The notes below the pieces were generated by a model that was given only the letters and a program-made list of their open reading frames with translations, was not told the DNA's origin and ran no database searches. Positions 42,777 through 51,741 of a stretch of 64,000 nt of DNA are shown here, piece by piece. The DNA lies in contig JAACDF010000099.1 in assembly GCA_009937065.1 (NCBI GenBank), positions 3,339-67,338 on the forward strand. The letters are read 5' to 3'. Position 1 is the first letter of the stretch; each line of letters opens with the position of its first letter. The position numbers were made by a program, and so were the translations under genes. The stretch comes from Gammaproteobacteria bacterium. Its GTDB lineage: Bacteria; Pseudomonadota; Gammaproteobacteria; Pseudomonadales; Halieaceae.

Positions 42777-43667
42777 ATGCGAGAAATAGGTGCGCCCGAA
42801 AACAATAATAGCCTTGTCTTTCCGGTCTTAATGGCGAGTCTGGGAGTGCTGTTCTTTTCCATGCTTGATGCGGTCATGAAAGCCCAAGCGCTGGCCATCG
42901 GTGCCTATAGCGCCACATTTTGGCGAGCGGCCATGGGGGCCGTCTTCGCATCTGTGCTCTATTTGCCCAATCGGCCTCAGTTGGCGACAGGACGAGTACT
43001 GAGACTCCACATAACCCGGGGTGTCCTTACCGCATTCATGATGCTCTTTCTGTTTTGGAGCCTGACACAACTGCCACTCGCTCAGGCTATCGGTCTTAGC
43101 TTTGTCGCACCCATCATTGCCTTGTATCTTGCAGCCCCCATGCTGGGTGAGGAAATTACACTCGGTGCAAAAATCGCCGCTGTGCTGGGTTTTGGTGGTG
43201 TTTTAGTCATTGCTAGCGAGGACATGTTTCAGATGAGAGACGACAGCAGTCTGCTCGGCATCGCGGCGGTCCTAATGTTCGCCATCATGTACGCGTTCAA
43301 TATCATTTTGCAGCGCAAACAATCGCTCGTTGCACGGCCCACTGAAATTGCCTGCTACCAAAATGTCATCATGACCTGTGTTCTGGCGATTGGAGCACCA
43401 TTTGCCCTCACCATTCCCGCTGACAGCGCTCAGTGGACTGCTGCGTCGGCGTCCGGCATTCTTGCCGTCATTTCGCTCATACTTTTGTCTATCGCTTACA
43501 GTCGAGCAGAGGCGCAAGCACTCGTTTCCGTCGAATATACGGCATTCATTTGGGCCGCATTGTTTGGCTGGTGGTTTTTCTCCGAGCCCGTCAGTGATGG
43601 CACGCTCTTGGGGACAGCGCTTATCGTCACCGGGTGTATCATCAGCACGCGGAAGGCAAAAGCCTAG
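42777..43667 (+). CDS. DMT family transporter (EamA-like)
   Basis: 296 aa with 10 predicted TM helices in two EamA-type repeats. The start codon is uncertain. Confidence 0.8.
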   Translation: MREIGAPENNNSLVFPVLMASLGVLFFSMLDAVMKAQALAIGAYSATFWRAAMGAVFASVLYLPNRPQLATGRVLRLHITRGVLTAFMMLFLFWSLTQLPLAQAIGLSFVAPIIALYLAAPMLGEEITLGAKIAAVLGFGGVLVIASEDMFQMRDDSSLLGIAAVLMFAIMYAFNIILQRKQSLVARPTEIACYQNVIMTCVLAIGAPFALTIPADSAQWTAASASGILAVISLILLSIAYSRAEAQALVSVEYTAFIWAALFGWWFFSEPVSDGTLLGTALIVTGCIISTRKAKA

Positions 43668-43690
43668 TCATTTAGGGTTACACTCGCTTC

Positions 43691-44386
43691 ATGTCTCGAC
43701 CATCCTATGAAAACTTGTACGATGTTGCGTGCCTGCGGAAAGGCGGTAGTGACGTCGTTGAGGGGTTGTTACCAACCATAGCAACCAAAAAGCACCTCAG
43801 CGCTTTGGGGTCCGACCGCTACCTCGCAGAGTTTACGCGCAAGGTATTTCAGTCCGGCTTTGTATGGCGCATCGTCAATAACAAATGGCCTCATTTTGAA
43901 GAGGTATTCTGGGGCTTCGATATTGAGCGTTTATTGATGATGCCCGACGACATGCTGGAGCGTAAGGCCAGCGATCCAGGCATCATCCGTAACTTCAGCA
44001 AAGTCAAAACGGTACTGGAAAACGCCGTGATGATCGCAGATACCGAGCGGCGTGAAGACAAGACCTTTGGCGAGTTCATCGCAGGCTGGCCCGATGACGA
44101 CGTCATTGGCCTATGGCTTTTCTTGAAAAAAAACGGAAGTCGTTTAGGTGGCAATACGGGGCCCTATGCCTTGAGAACAGTGGGTGTTGATACGTTTTTG
44201 ATGACCGCCGATGTAGAGTTCTTCCTGCGTGAGAACGACATTGTTGATTCGGGCATTCACAGCCTGCGCGCACTCAAAGCCGCACAAAGTTATTTCAACG
44301 ACCTCCGTGAGGAGAGCGGTAGAAGTTTGTCGGAGCTTAGTCGACTCGTCTCGCTCGGGGTTCGAAGAAACCAAATACCAGCATAA
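43691..44386 (+). CDS. DNA-3-methyladenine glycosylase I (Tag) family protein, atypical
   Basis: 231 aa. FQSGFVWRIVNNKWPHFEEVFWGFDIERL...DPGIIRNFSKVKTVLENA aligns by eye to the E. coli Tag core. I could not find the N-terminal Cys/His zinc-snap residues. Confidence 0.6.
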   Translation: MSRPSYENLYDVACLRKGGSDVVEGLLPTIATKKHLSALGSDRYLAEFTRKVFQSGFVWRIVNNKWPHFEEVFWGFDIERLLMMPDDMLERKASDPGIIRNFSKVKTVLENAVMIADTERREDKTFGEFIAGWPDDDVIGLWLFLKKNGSRLGGNTGPYALRTVGVDTFLMTADVEFFLRENDIVDSGIHSLRALKAAQSYFNDLREESGRSLSELSRLVSLGVRRNQIPA

Positions 44387-44467
44387 ATCTGTCCTAACTC
44401 TCGCAAAACAACGCCTCATTGATCGGTCCGTTACACCTGTCACCCGCAGATAAGTTTGACAGCTCCA

Positions 44468-44491
44468 AAAAGTGAGCATAAGCTCACTTTT
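44468..44491. promoter_or_regulatory. perfect 10-bp-arm palindrome, candidate TetR operator
   Basis: AAAAGTGAGC-ATAA-GCTCACTTTT ends 21 nt upstream of the TetR start at 44513. Confidence 0.4.
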
Positions 44492-44512
44492 AAAAGCCGC
44501 GCTTAAATAACT

Positions 44513-45145
44513 ATGACCATTGCATCAACCAAGATGAGAAGTTCTCCTCAGCAGCAGCGAGCGAAGATTACTGTCGAGCGTATCGTTTCGGCTGCAGAGG
44601 CATTGCTAGCTGAGGAGGGTTGGCCAGGATTCACTACTAATGCGCTAGCTAAGAGAGTCGGTTGCCCTGTAGCTACCATCTACCGTTACTTCCCGGACAA
44701 ACATCGCTTGGCTCGGATTGTTGCTGAATCAGCCATTGCCGAATGGAACAGTGAACTGGCAGATTTCGAGCAGGCATTCAGGAGTAGCGATGATTTTCTC
44801 TACACCTGGTCCACATATTCAGAAATCTTTTTGGGTTTACTCCGTAAGTCGCCTCGAACCATGGCCGCTCGGCGAGCCATGCTGGCGGTTCCAGAGCTAA
44901 GAGCGCTCGATCGAGAAGACACACGCCAAATTGCTTTGAAACTAAGTGAGCTTGTGAAGCTTCGGATAGACGTAACAGCGGAGAGATCGCTGGCAATCGC
45001 CAGCACATTAATCGAATCGATACTCGATCTCGTTGATCGCACGGCCGATTCGGACATCGATGACAACGAGGCTCGGGCGCTTTTTTCCGAGCTCCGCCTT
45101 ATGCACCACAGCTACCTCAGCGCCCTGGGCCTTGGTCCAAAATAG
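44513..45145 (+). CDS. TetR/AcrR family transcriptional regulator
   Basis: 210 aa. N-terminal HTH (FTTNALAKRVGCPVATIYRYFPDK). Confidence 0.88.
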   Translation: MTIASTKMRSSPQQQRAKITVERIVSAAEALLAEEGWPGFTTNALAKRVGCPVATIYRYFPDKHRLARIVAESAIAEWNSELADFEQAFRSSDDFLYTWSTYSEIFLGLLRKSPRTMAARRAMLAVPELRALDREDTRQIALKLSELVKLRIDVTAERSLAIASTLIESILDLVDRTADSDIDDNEARALFSELRLMHHSYLSALGLGPK

Positions 45146-45168
45146 AAGAACATTTAAGGGGATACAAA

Positions 45169-47181
45169 ATGAAAATATTCCAACTTGTTTCACTTTCGTC
45201 ACTCATACTCATGAGCGCATGTGGGGGGGCCGAAAGCGATGTTCCCCCAGTTGAGAAGTCGCCCTGGCAGTCACTCACCGAGCAGGAAATAAATGAGGCA
45301 TCGCGCGCTGTCAGTGACTCGCTAGGTCCGGGCATCATATTCAATCGCATTAGTCTCACCGAGCCTGACAAGAACGAAGCGCGAACATGGCAAGCAGGCG
45401 ATACAGCGACCCGCGGCGCTGACATTGTCTACAGACTGAACAAAGCCTCTTATATAGCTCGCTATGATTTTGATACCTCATCGCTCTCTGAACCGAGGGA
45501 AATAACCAGCGGGCAGCCTATGCTGGTGGGTGCTGAGCTATTTGGCGCACTCGATGCAGTTAATCAACTACCTGAAGTCGTAGCTGCGCTTGAAGGACGC
45601 GGTATTACTGGCTCAGACGGTCTCTGCCTGCCGCGCACTGTCGGGCGTTTCTTCTCTAATCTTGCAAATCCAATCAACGACCGACTTGTCCGCTTCGATT
45701 GCTTCAACATTCGCGGACAAAGTGGCTTGGGTCTCCTTCCTACGACCAGTGCCTATGCGCGACCAGTTGAAGGTATCAGCGTCTTGTTTGATGTTGAGGA
45801 TTTGGAGCTCATCGAAATCACAGACTCGTTTGCTGACGCTGACACACCACCCAATGACTTTGAGGTCATCGAGTTTCACGAGAGTGCCCTCGACACGCGA
45901 CCGGCACTGAAGCCCATCACCATCGAGCAATCGGAGGGGCGAAATTTCGCCATCAACGGGAGTCAAATCAACTGGCAGGACTGGCAGTTCCATCTTCGCT
46001 TTGACCCGCGGCAAGGCACGATTCTCAATAATATTGGTGTTATCTCCGAGGGCAACTTCAGGCCTGTCGCCTACGAGATTGCCATGTCCGAGATGTTCGT
46101 CCCATACCAGGACCCCGATACTCACTGGTTCTATCGCGCCTACTTCGATATGGGTGAGTACGGATTCGGCAACATGGCGACCGAGCTCAAGGGTAACGAC
46201 TGCCCGCCAACCGCGGTTTACCGGGATGTGGTGTTGCACACCGCGAGCGGCGAGGCGTTTACCGCCGAAAATCGCGTCTGTATTTTTGAGTTCGACCCAG
46301 GCTACCCCAGCTGGCGCCACCACGAGTCTCTGTATGACGAGGTGCCTGGTATCGTGAAACACAACTCACGAAGAGCCACCAATCTTGTTGTGCGTATGGT
46401 CGCCGTGATCGGCAACTACGATTACTTCCAGGATTACATTTTCCAGCAAGATGGGCGCATCCGGATTCGACTGATTTCAACCGGAATTGACGCCACCAAG
46501 GGCGTTTTCTCGGCCTCGTTAGATGACCCGAGAGCGGCATCAGAAACGCAGACAGGGACGCTGATTGCCCCCTATCGCGTCGGGGTCAATCACGACCACT
46601 TCTTTAACTACCGCATTGATATGGATGTCGATGGTGTGGATAACAATTTTGTTCGTCAGCGACTGGTGGCCACACAGCAACCTGATGGCGCACCTCGCCA
46701 GGGCATCTGGACAGTAAAGCAGGAGCAAGTGGCAACCGAGCAGCAGGCGCAAACCGTCATGAAAGTGGAGAGGCCTGCGCTGTTAACCTTTGCCAGCACC
46801 ACCGCGAAAAATGCGATGGGCTACCCCACTTCGTACCAGCTCATCTTCCCCAATACCCGTCCATTGGTGACGCTCGAAGATGCGATTTATCAGCGCGCTG
46901 GCTTTCTAAAGAACAATTTGTGGGTCACCCGCTACAAGCCTAACGAAATTTTCTCGACCGGGCTCGCCGTCAATCAGTCGGATGTTGGTGTTGGACTGCC
47001 TCAGTATGCGGCAGATGATGAGACCATTGAGAACACCGACCTTGTCGTATGGCCCATGATTGGCTTCCACCATGTGCCCATGGCCGAGGACTGGCCCGTA
47101 ATGCCCTCAAAGGTAGATGAGATCACGCTGAAGCCTCGTAACTTCTTTAACCGCAATCCAGCACTGGACGTTCCTGAATAA
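45169..47181 (+). CDS. copper amine oxidase (TPQ-dependent primary-amine oxidase), lipoprotein
   Basis: 670 aa. TPQ precursor consensus VIGNYDYF (N-Y-D-Y), Cu ligands in VNHDHFF (HxH) and GFHHVPMAEDWP. Lipobox LILMSAC. AAGGGG SD. Confidence 0.9.
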   Translation: MKIFQLVSLSSLILMSACGGAESDVPPVEKSPWQSLTEQEINEASRAVSDSLGPGIIFNRISLTEPDKNEARTWQAGDTATRGADIVYRLNKASYIARYDFDTSSLSEPREITSGQPMLVGAELFGALDAVNQLPEVVAALEGRGITGSDGLCLPRTVGRFFSNLANPINDRLVRFDCFNIRGQSGLGLLPTTSAYARPVEGISVLFDVEDLELIEITDSFADADTPPNDFEVIEFHESALDTRPALKPITIEQSEGRNFAINGSQINWQDWQFHLRFDPRQGTILNNIGVISEGNFRPVAYEIAMSEMFVPYQDPDTHWFYRAYFDMGEYGFGNMATELKGNDCPPTAVYRDVVLHTASGEAFTAENRVCIFEFDPGYPSWRHHESLYDEVPGIVKHNSRRATNLVVRMVAVIGNYDYFQDYIFQQDGRIRIRLISTGIDATKGVFSASLDDPRAASETQTGTLIAPYRVGVNHDHFFNYRIDMDVDGVDNNFVRQRLVATQQPDGAPRQGIWTVKQEQVATEQQAQTVMKVERPALLTFASTTAKNAMGYPTSYQLIFPNTRPLVTLEDAIYQRAGFLKNNLWVTRYKPNEIFSTGLAVNQSDVGVGLPQYAADDETIENTDLVVWPMIGFHHVPMAEDWPVMPSKVDEITLKPRNFFNRNPALDVPE

Positions 47182-47217
47182 ATTGCGTCTCATGAGGGTG
47201 CGCAGAGGAGTTCGATC

Positions 47218-48057
47218 ATGTCGAAAATAAGGATCACAAAAATACACCGCTACCCCGTTAAGTCCATGTTGGGCGAGACACCTTCAGAAGTGGCGGTTAG
47301 CGAACGCGGTATTCAGGGTGATCGCTCATGGGCGACGCGCGATGAGGTCCGAGGTGGCATTCGTGGCGCTAAAAAACTCCCACAACTGATGCTATTTGGC
47401 GCGCGATCGATCGATGGCAATACATCGGAAATTACCGCTCCTGATGGTTCGACTTGCCTGACGAGTTCAGACGAGATGAACCATTGGCTGTCAGAGAAAC
47501 TTGATCACAGCGTTACTCTATGGCCGCTGCTTCCCCCCGATAATCTGGAGCACTATCGGCGAGGCGCGCCCGACTCAGAGGATTTCGAACAGGAACTGCG
47601 AGAGATCTTCGGCCGCACCCCCGACGAACCACTCCCTGATCTCAGCGCCTTTGCGGAAGTGATCGAATTCGAGTCCCCGCCGGGCACCTATTTTGATGCC
47701 TTTCCAATCATGCTCATGACACAGCAATCGTTGGATACGATGTCACACGCAGCTCCAAATTCGGCGTTCGATGAAAAGCGATTTAGAGCCAACTTCATTC
47801 TCGATGTCGGTGGCTCGACCGATCGGTTCCCAGAGCAAGCTTGGATTGGTAAAGAGCTACATATTGGTGAGGTTGTTCTCAAAGTAATCGATACCTGCCC
47901 GCGCTGTTCGATGACCACACACGCCACCGACACACTCCCCAGAGACACTGACATCATGCGGCATCTGGTGACTACAGCAGAGGGCAACCTGGGTGTGTAT
48001 GCAAAAGTCGTCCGCGGCGGAATAATTGCTCAAGGGCAGACCGTGACGGTTAGATAA
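47218..48057 (+). CDS. MOSC domain-containing protein (MOSC_N + MOSC, no ferredoxin domain)
   Basis: 279 aa. IHRYPVKSMLGE N-terminal beta-barrel motif and conserved Cys context IDTCPRCSMTTH. GAGGAG SD. Confidence 0.85.
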   Translation: MSKIRITKIHRYPVKSMLGETPSEVAVSERGIQGDRSWATRDEVRGGIRGAKKLPQLMLFGARSIDGNTSEITAPDGSTCLTSSDEMNHWLSEKLDHSVTLWPLLPPDNLEHYRRGAPDSEDFEQELREIFGRTPDEPLPDLSAFAEVIEFESPPGTYFDAFPIMLMTQQSLDTMSHAAPNSAFDEKRFRANFILDVGGSTDRFPEQAWIGKELHIGEVVLKVIDTCPRCSMTTHATDTLPRDTDIMRHLVTTAEGNLGVYAKVVRGGIIAQGQTVTVR

Positions 48058-48102
48058 CTCTGCCCCTAGTTGTGTAACGAGGTCTCGGCACCGCCAATGT
48101 GC

Positions 48103-49446
48103 TCAGGAGACAGTAATGGTCTTGGCATTGAAGCCATCCCAGGGGCCAGTAATAGCGAGCGTTTTTGTCGGCGCATACACGTTGACGAACAATGTTTGCC
48201 CATCGGGGGAGAAACAGGCTCCGGCTAGCTCGGTCTGCAGTCGAAGACGCGCGAGAGGATAGGCGTTCCCGTCGGGCGCAATCCCTCTCAAGTGGTTATC
48301 AACGACCGCCGTGTATTGATCCTCACAGACGATGAGGTGCCCATTGGGAGCAACGACCACATTGTCGCCGTAATCAAATTGATGCTTTGAGACACTTTCG
48401 AAAAAGAGTTCTACGCGATCACTCTCCCCGTCTGGACTTAATGCAACGCGAAAAATTTGACCGAGCTTACGGGCGCCACCACTGGTTGCGCAGACAAAAG
48501 CCTCGCCCTCGCCCATATGGATACCTTCACCACGCGCCACCAAACTCGCACCTTTGGTGGCCGCTTGGTAACGCAGATCATCCTTTAGTGCCTCGACCGC
48601 ATCTAAATCGACCCAGGTGATCTTGCCCGCAGCGCCCACCGCCATCGATCTACCCGTCCAGTTTCTCAGGTCGGGAATACCCTCCACTTTCATCGCCTGC
48701 AGGCGACCTCCTTGCGAGAGCTCGCTAGGGACTTTGGGAATAAAACGATAAAGGACGCTGTCATCACGGTCTTCTGTCAGATAGACAAAGCCTGTCGCCG
48801 GATCGACACAGGCGGCTTCGTGATTAAAACGACCCATGGCAACCAAAGGAACAGGGTCGACTAGACCTGTTGCCGCCGCAGGAACCTCAAATACCCAGCC
48901 GTGATTCTTGTTTAGCCCTTTGCCGTATTTCTGTCCGGGACCCGTTGGCGATTCCTCGCAGGTTAGCCAACTTCCCCAGGGCGTGACACCACCAGAGCAA
49001 TTGCGAATAGTGCCCCCAAGTGACCGGAATTGATCACGCACCTCGAGGTTATTTTGATCGAGTACAACGTGTGTCGTACCTCCGGGAACGAAGACACCGT
49101 CTTTGGCGCCAAACCCGAGCTTAAAGGCCCCGCCACCCTCGTCGGTGGATACCAACTCGTGATTGCGCACGAGCGCCAAATGGCCGTCACCAAGATCAAA
49201 ACAACCCATACCATCGGCCTTATCAGGGACGGTCGCCCCATCGGTCATGACATCACCCAAGCTGGATATCACTTGATACGAGAAGCCCGCTGGAAGGTCG
49301 AGCAAAGCCTGAGGATCGGGCGCTAGGGGGCCATAGCCTATCGCGCGTGAAAATGGTTGATCAGGTAAAGGTCGAGTTATGCAGCCGCTCGCAGTTAACG
49401 CCGCAAAAGCTGTTCCTGTTGCGTTTAAAAATGTACGTCGGTTCAT
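48103..49446 (-). CDS. PhoX-like/DUF839 beta-propeller protein with Tat signal
   Basis: 447 aa. Twin-arginine signal MNRRTFLNATGTAFAALTASG. GGTIRNCSGGVTPWGSWLTCEE and EGACFSPDGQTLFVN are typical DUF839/PhoX blocks. Confidence 0.72.
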   Translation of the reverse strand: MNRRTFLNATGTAFAALTASGCITRPLPDQPFSRAIGYGPLAPDPQALLDLPAGFSYQVISSLGDVMTDGATVPDKADGMGCFDLGDGHLALVRNHELVSTDEGGGAFKLGFGAKDGVFVPGGTTHVVLDQNNLEVRDQFRSLGGTIRNCSGGVTPWGSWLTCEESPTGPGQKYGKGLNKNHGWVFEVPAAATGLVDPVPLVAMGRFNHEAACVDPATGFVYLTEDRDDSVLYRFIPKVPSELSQGGRLQAMKVEGIPDLRNWTGRSMAVGAAGKITWVDLDAVEALKDDLRYQAATKGASLVARGEGIHMGEGEAFVCATSGGARKLGQIFRVALSPDGESDRVELFFESVSKHQFDYGDNVVVAPNGHLIVCEDQYTAVVDNHLRGIAPDGNAYPLARLRLQTELAGACFSPDGQTLFVNVYAPTKTLAITGPWDGFNAKTITVS

Positions 49447-49707
49447 AGTCGGTTTCGCAAGCCGCTGAGTTCAATTCACTCACCGAAGCGTAGCAAAATA
49501 CGGGCGTCAGAACCCAGAAAGCTTGGGACACAAATAGCGGTGGAGTATCGATGGCTTACAGCAGCCTCTGGTCGCTGGGCATCACCTTCACCGAATTTCG
49601 TGATTTCTTCGTTCGCTTAGATGATGACGACTCGACGCTGATGGGTAGTGGATTGGGTATGCTAACGGCTCCCTAGCACTTCCCTTCGTGGATATCCGTT
49701 GTTGGAC

Positions 49708-50634
49708 CTATACGAGCATCTTTATTTCTCCACCACTTGATTTCTCCACCACTTGACCCATCCACTCATCGGGCCAGCGATCCTCTAACATCAACAAGTG
49801 CTTGAAAAGAGCGCGGATCCGAGCGCTTTGGCGAAGATCCTTGTGATACAGCAACCAGACGTATCGATGAGGCACACTTTCAGTATGGGGCAAGCGCACA
49901 AGATCCTTAAAGTCCGTGACGCTGCAGCAAGGCAGCGGAGCAACCCCCATCTGACTAACTACCGCATCGAGGCGGGCAATAGGGCCGTCAATGGAGTGCC
50001 TTGTGTGGATACCAAGATCAGAGGCCGTTGGCAATTCTGCTGGAGTTTCTTGCGATGTACCTATGAAAGTCAGTTCCCGCTTACCCAATCTTGCATCTTT
50101 TAAAAGCGCCTTGTGAACATAGAGCCCCGTTGTTAGCAAACCCAGTTTTACGCCAACAATATCCTTGCCTGGACGCTGATCGACTTTCAGGCCTCGAACC
50201 GCAAAATCTGCCTCGCGCCTCGAGAGATCCACCTTTTCATTGGAGGAACTGATATCCAATTGAATTCTGGGATATGCCGCCGAAAATTCACTTAAACTTT
50301 GAAATAGAAGTTGGTTTACCGGTTTGAAGTCAGCGATTGAGACTTTGAGCTTGCCGGCGAGTAGTGCGTCTCTGCCGGTTAATCTGAGCTGGCCATCAGA
50401 TATGGTGTCTTCAACCGTTTTTGCAATCGGCAAGAGCTCTTCACAAAGAGCTGTCGCTAATAGTCCGTCGGGTGTTCTATCAAACAGGCGGCCTTCGATG
50501 GCCGCCTCAAGCGTTTCAAGTCTCCTAGCTACGGTGCTATTACTCACGCCCAGAGCTGATGCCGCCGTGCGGGTCGATCCATGGCGACTGCAGGCTAGCA
50601 ACACCTTTAGATCATCCCAGCTAAGCTCCTCCAT
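49708..50634 (-). CDS. LysR family transcriptional regulator (3' end altered by 16-bp duplication)
   Basis: 308 aa. wHTH LKVLLACSRHGSTRTAASALGVSNSTVARRLETLE. AGGGGA SD. Confidence 0.9.
   Translation of the reverse strand: MEELSWDDLKVLLACSRHGSTRTAASALGVSNSTVARRLETLEAAIEGRLFDRTPDGLLATALCEELLPIAKTVEDTISDGQLRLTGRDALLAGKLKVSIADFKPVNQLLFQSLSEFSAAYPRIQLDISSSNEKVDLSRREADFAVRGLKVDQRPGKDIVGVKLGLLTTGLYVHKALLKDARLGKRELTFIGTSQETPAELPTASDLGIHTRHSIDGPIARLDAVVSQMGVAPLPCCSVTDFKDLVRLPHTESVPHRYVWLLYHKDLRQSARIRALFKHLLMLEDRWPDEWMGQVVEKSSGGEIKMLV
49724..49755. repeat. perfect 16-bp tandem duplication (ATTTCTCCACCACTTG x2)
   Basis: Read directly: 49724-49739 is identical to 49740-49755. It lies inside the last codons of the LysR gene. 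Confidence 0.95.
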
Positions 50635-50646
50635 AGTTTCCCCTGC

Positions 50647-50937
50647 TTAAGAGAGTGGATTACCCTCTTTGTCAGTCAGCACTAAAGCGTCGTTAGTCAC
50701 TTTACATAGCAAACGCTGTCGCGACGCACCCTCGGGTACGACTGATAATTTAACGGTAAGGGTGCCCGAATATTTCTTGCTGCCCTTCATTGCGATTCGG
50801 GTGTCACCACCGAACTTCTCCAGCACTTCGGCCTTGCATTGCCCATAGGCATCACTGACCGAAGTTGACGCGTTGGCTTCAACCCCGAGGCCGAGACCAA
50901 CAAGCCCGACGATTACAACAAACTTTAGTTTATCCAT
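50647..50937 (-). CDS. small hypothetical secreted protein (96 aa)
   Basis: Signal MDKLKFVVIVGLVGLGLGVEANA and two Cys residues. The stop lies 12 nt before the LysR start on the same strand. Confidence 0.5.
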   Translation of the reverse strand: MDKLKFVVIVGLVGLGLGVEANASTSVSDAYGQCKAEVLEKFGGDTRIAMKGSKKYSGTLTVKLSVVPEGASRQRLLCKVTNDALVLTDKEGNPLS

Positions 50938-51126
50938 CTTTCATTACTCCTTGATTAACGTCACTACGGTATGACGATGGCAAGAATACGCGGAGGTTAA
51001 AAAAGTCGCTTGTAACGAAATCGCAGTGAAGTGCCCCAAAAATGGAACACCTCCAAGAAGTTATGAAAGACTCAATCTGGGGCTGAAATGCGGCCCGTTG
51101 TGGACGCTTTATTTATCGCGTGCTGT

Positions 51127-51651
51127 TCAAGGGAAAAATCGACGATCTGCCTCATCCCACCACCAAAAATCGGGCAATGGCAGGCGATCAGGCCATTCTT
51201 GATCCATGGTGTTACCGTCATACAGACGGCCATTAACCAAGACTCTGTCAATATCGACAGTATTGCGAATATTATCCAACGGGTTGCTATTCAATATGAC
51301 CATGTCGGCCAGTTTTCCAATTTCAAGGGAGCCCAAGTCCTGGTCAACACCAAAAATACGCTCGCCATCAGGCGATATAACGGGTTGGCTGTCGTACCCA
51401 AGGCCTGAGGTAATGCGAACTGCCTCCCCTCCCTCGATGGGTAAGCGATACAAATCGCCCAGAAGGTCAAAGACAAGGATGTCGCCCTCAGGTGTTACAT
51501 CAATAGAAAGCCATGAACCCTCGTCAGTGGTAAAACTGAGAACCTCGGTGGAACCTTCTAACGGTAAGCTGTCTGTTTCTGTTTCAGCTAGGGTTGCGAT
51601 CGGCGCCACCGTTATTGTGGCCGCCACTACTACCTGTGGTAATCGAGTCAT
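51127..51651 (-). pseudogene. internally deleted remnant of a large TolB-propeller/amidohydrolase fusion protein
   Basis: 174 aa. The N-terminal part (WLSIDVTPEGDILVFDLLGDLYRLPIEGGEAVRITSGLGYDSQPVISPDGERI) is a TolB-like propeller blade. The C-terminal part (GSLEIGKLADMVILNSNPLDNIRNTVDIDRVLVNGRLYD) is the extreme C-terminus of an amidohydrolase. The catalytic barrel is absent. Confidence 0.5.
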
Positions 51652-51741
51652 CTCTGTTCGGGTCCATTTTTAAGGATAATATTTTTGATTATAGGCAGAT
51701 CCGGCCATCCTCAGCTCAACACAGTGCCTGTCCGACAGCGC

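Noticed and set aside
45613-46362. 249-aa minus-strand ORF inside the copper amine oxidase gene
   Set aside because: It is fully antisense to a gene with unmistakable family motifs (NYDY, HxH). The sequence is low-complexity and Arg/Val/Gly-rich, typical of antisense frames, and it has no SD or family match.
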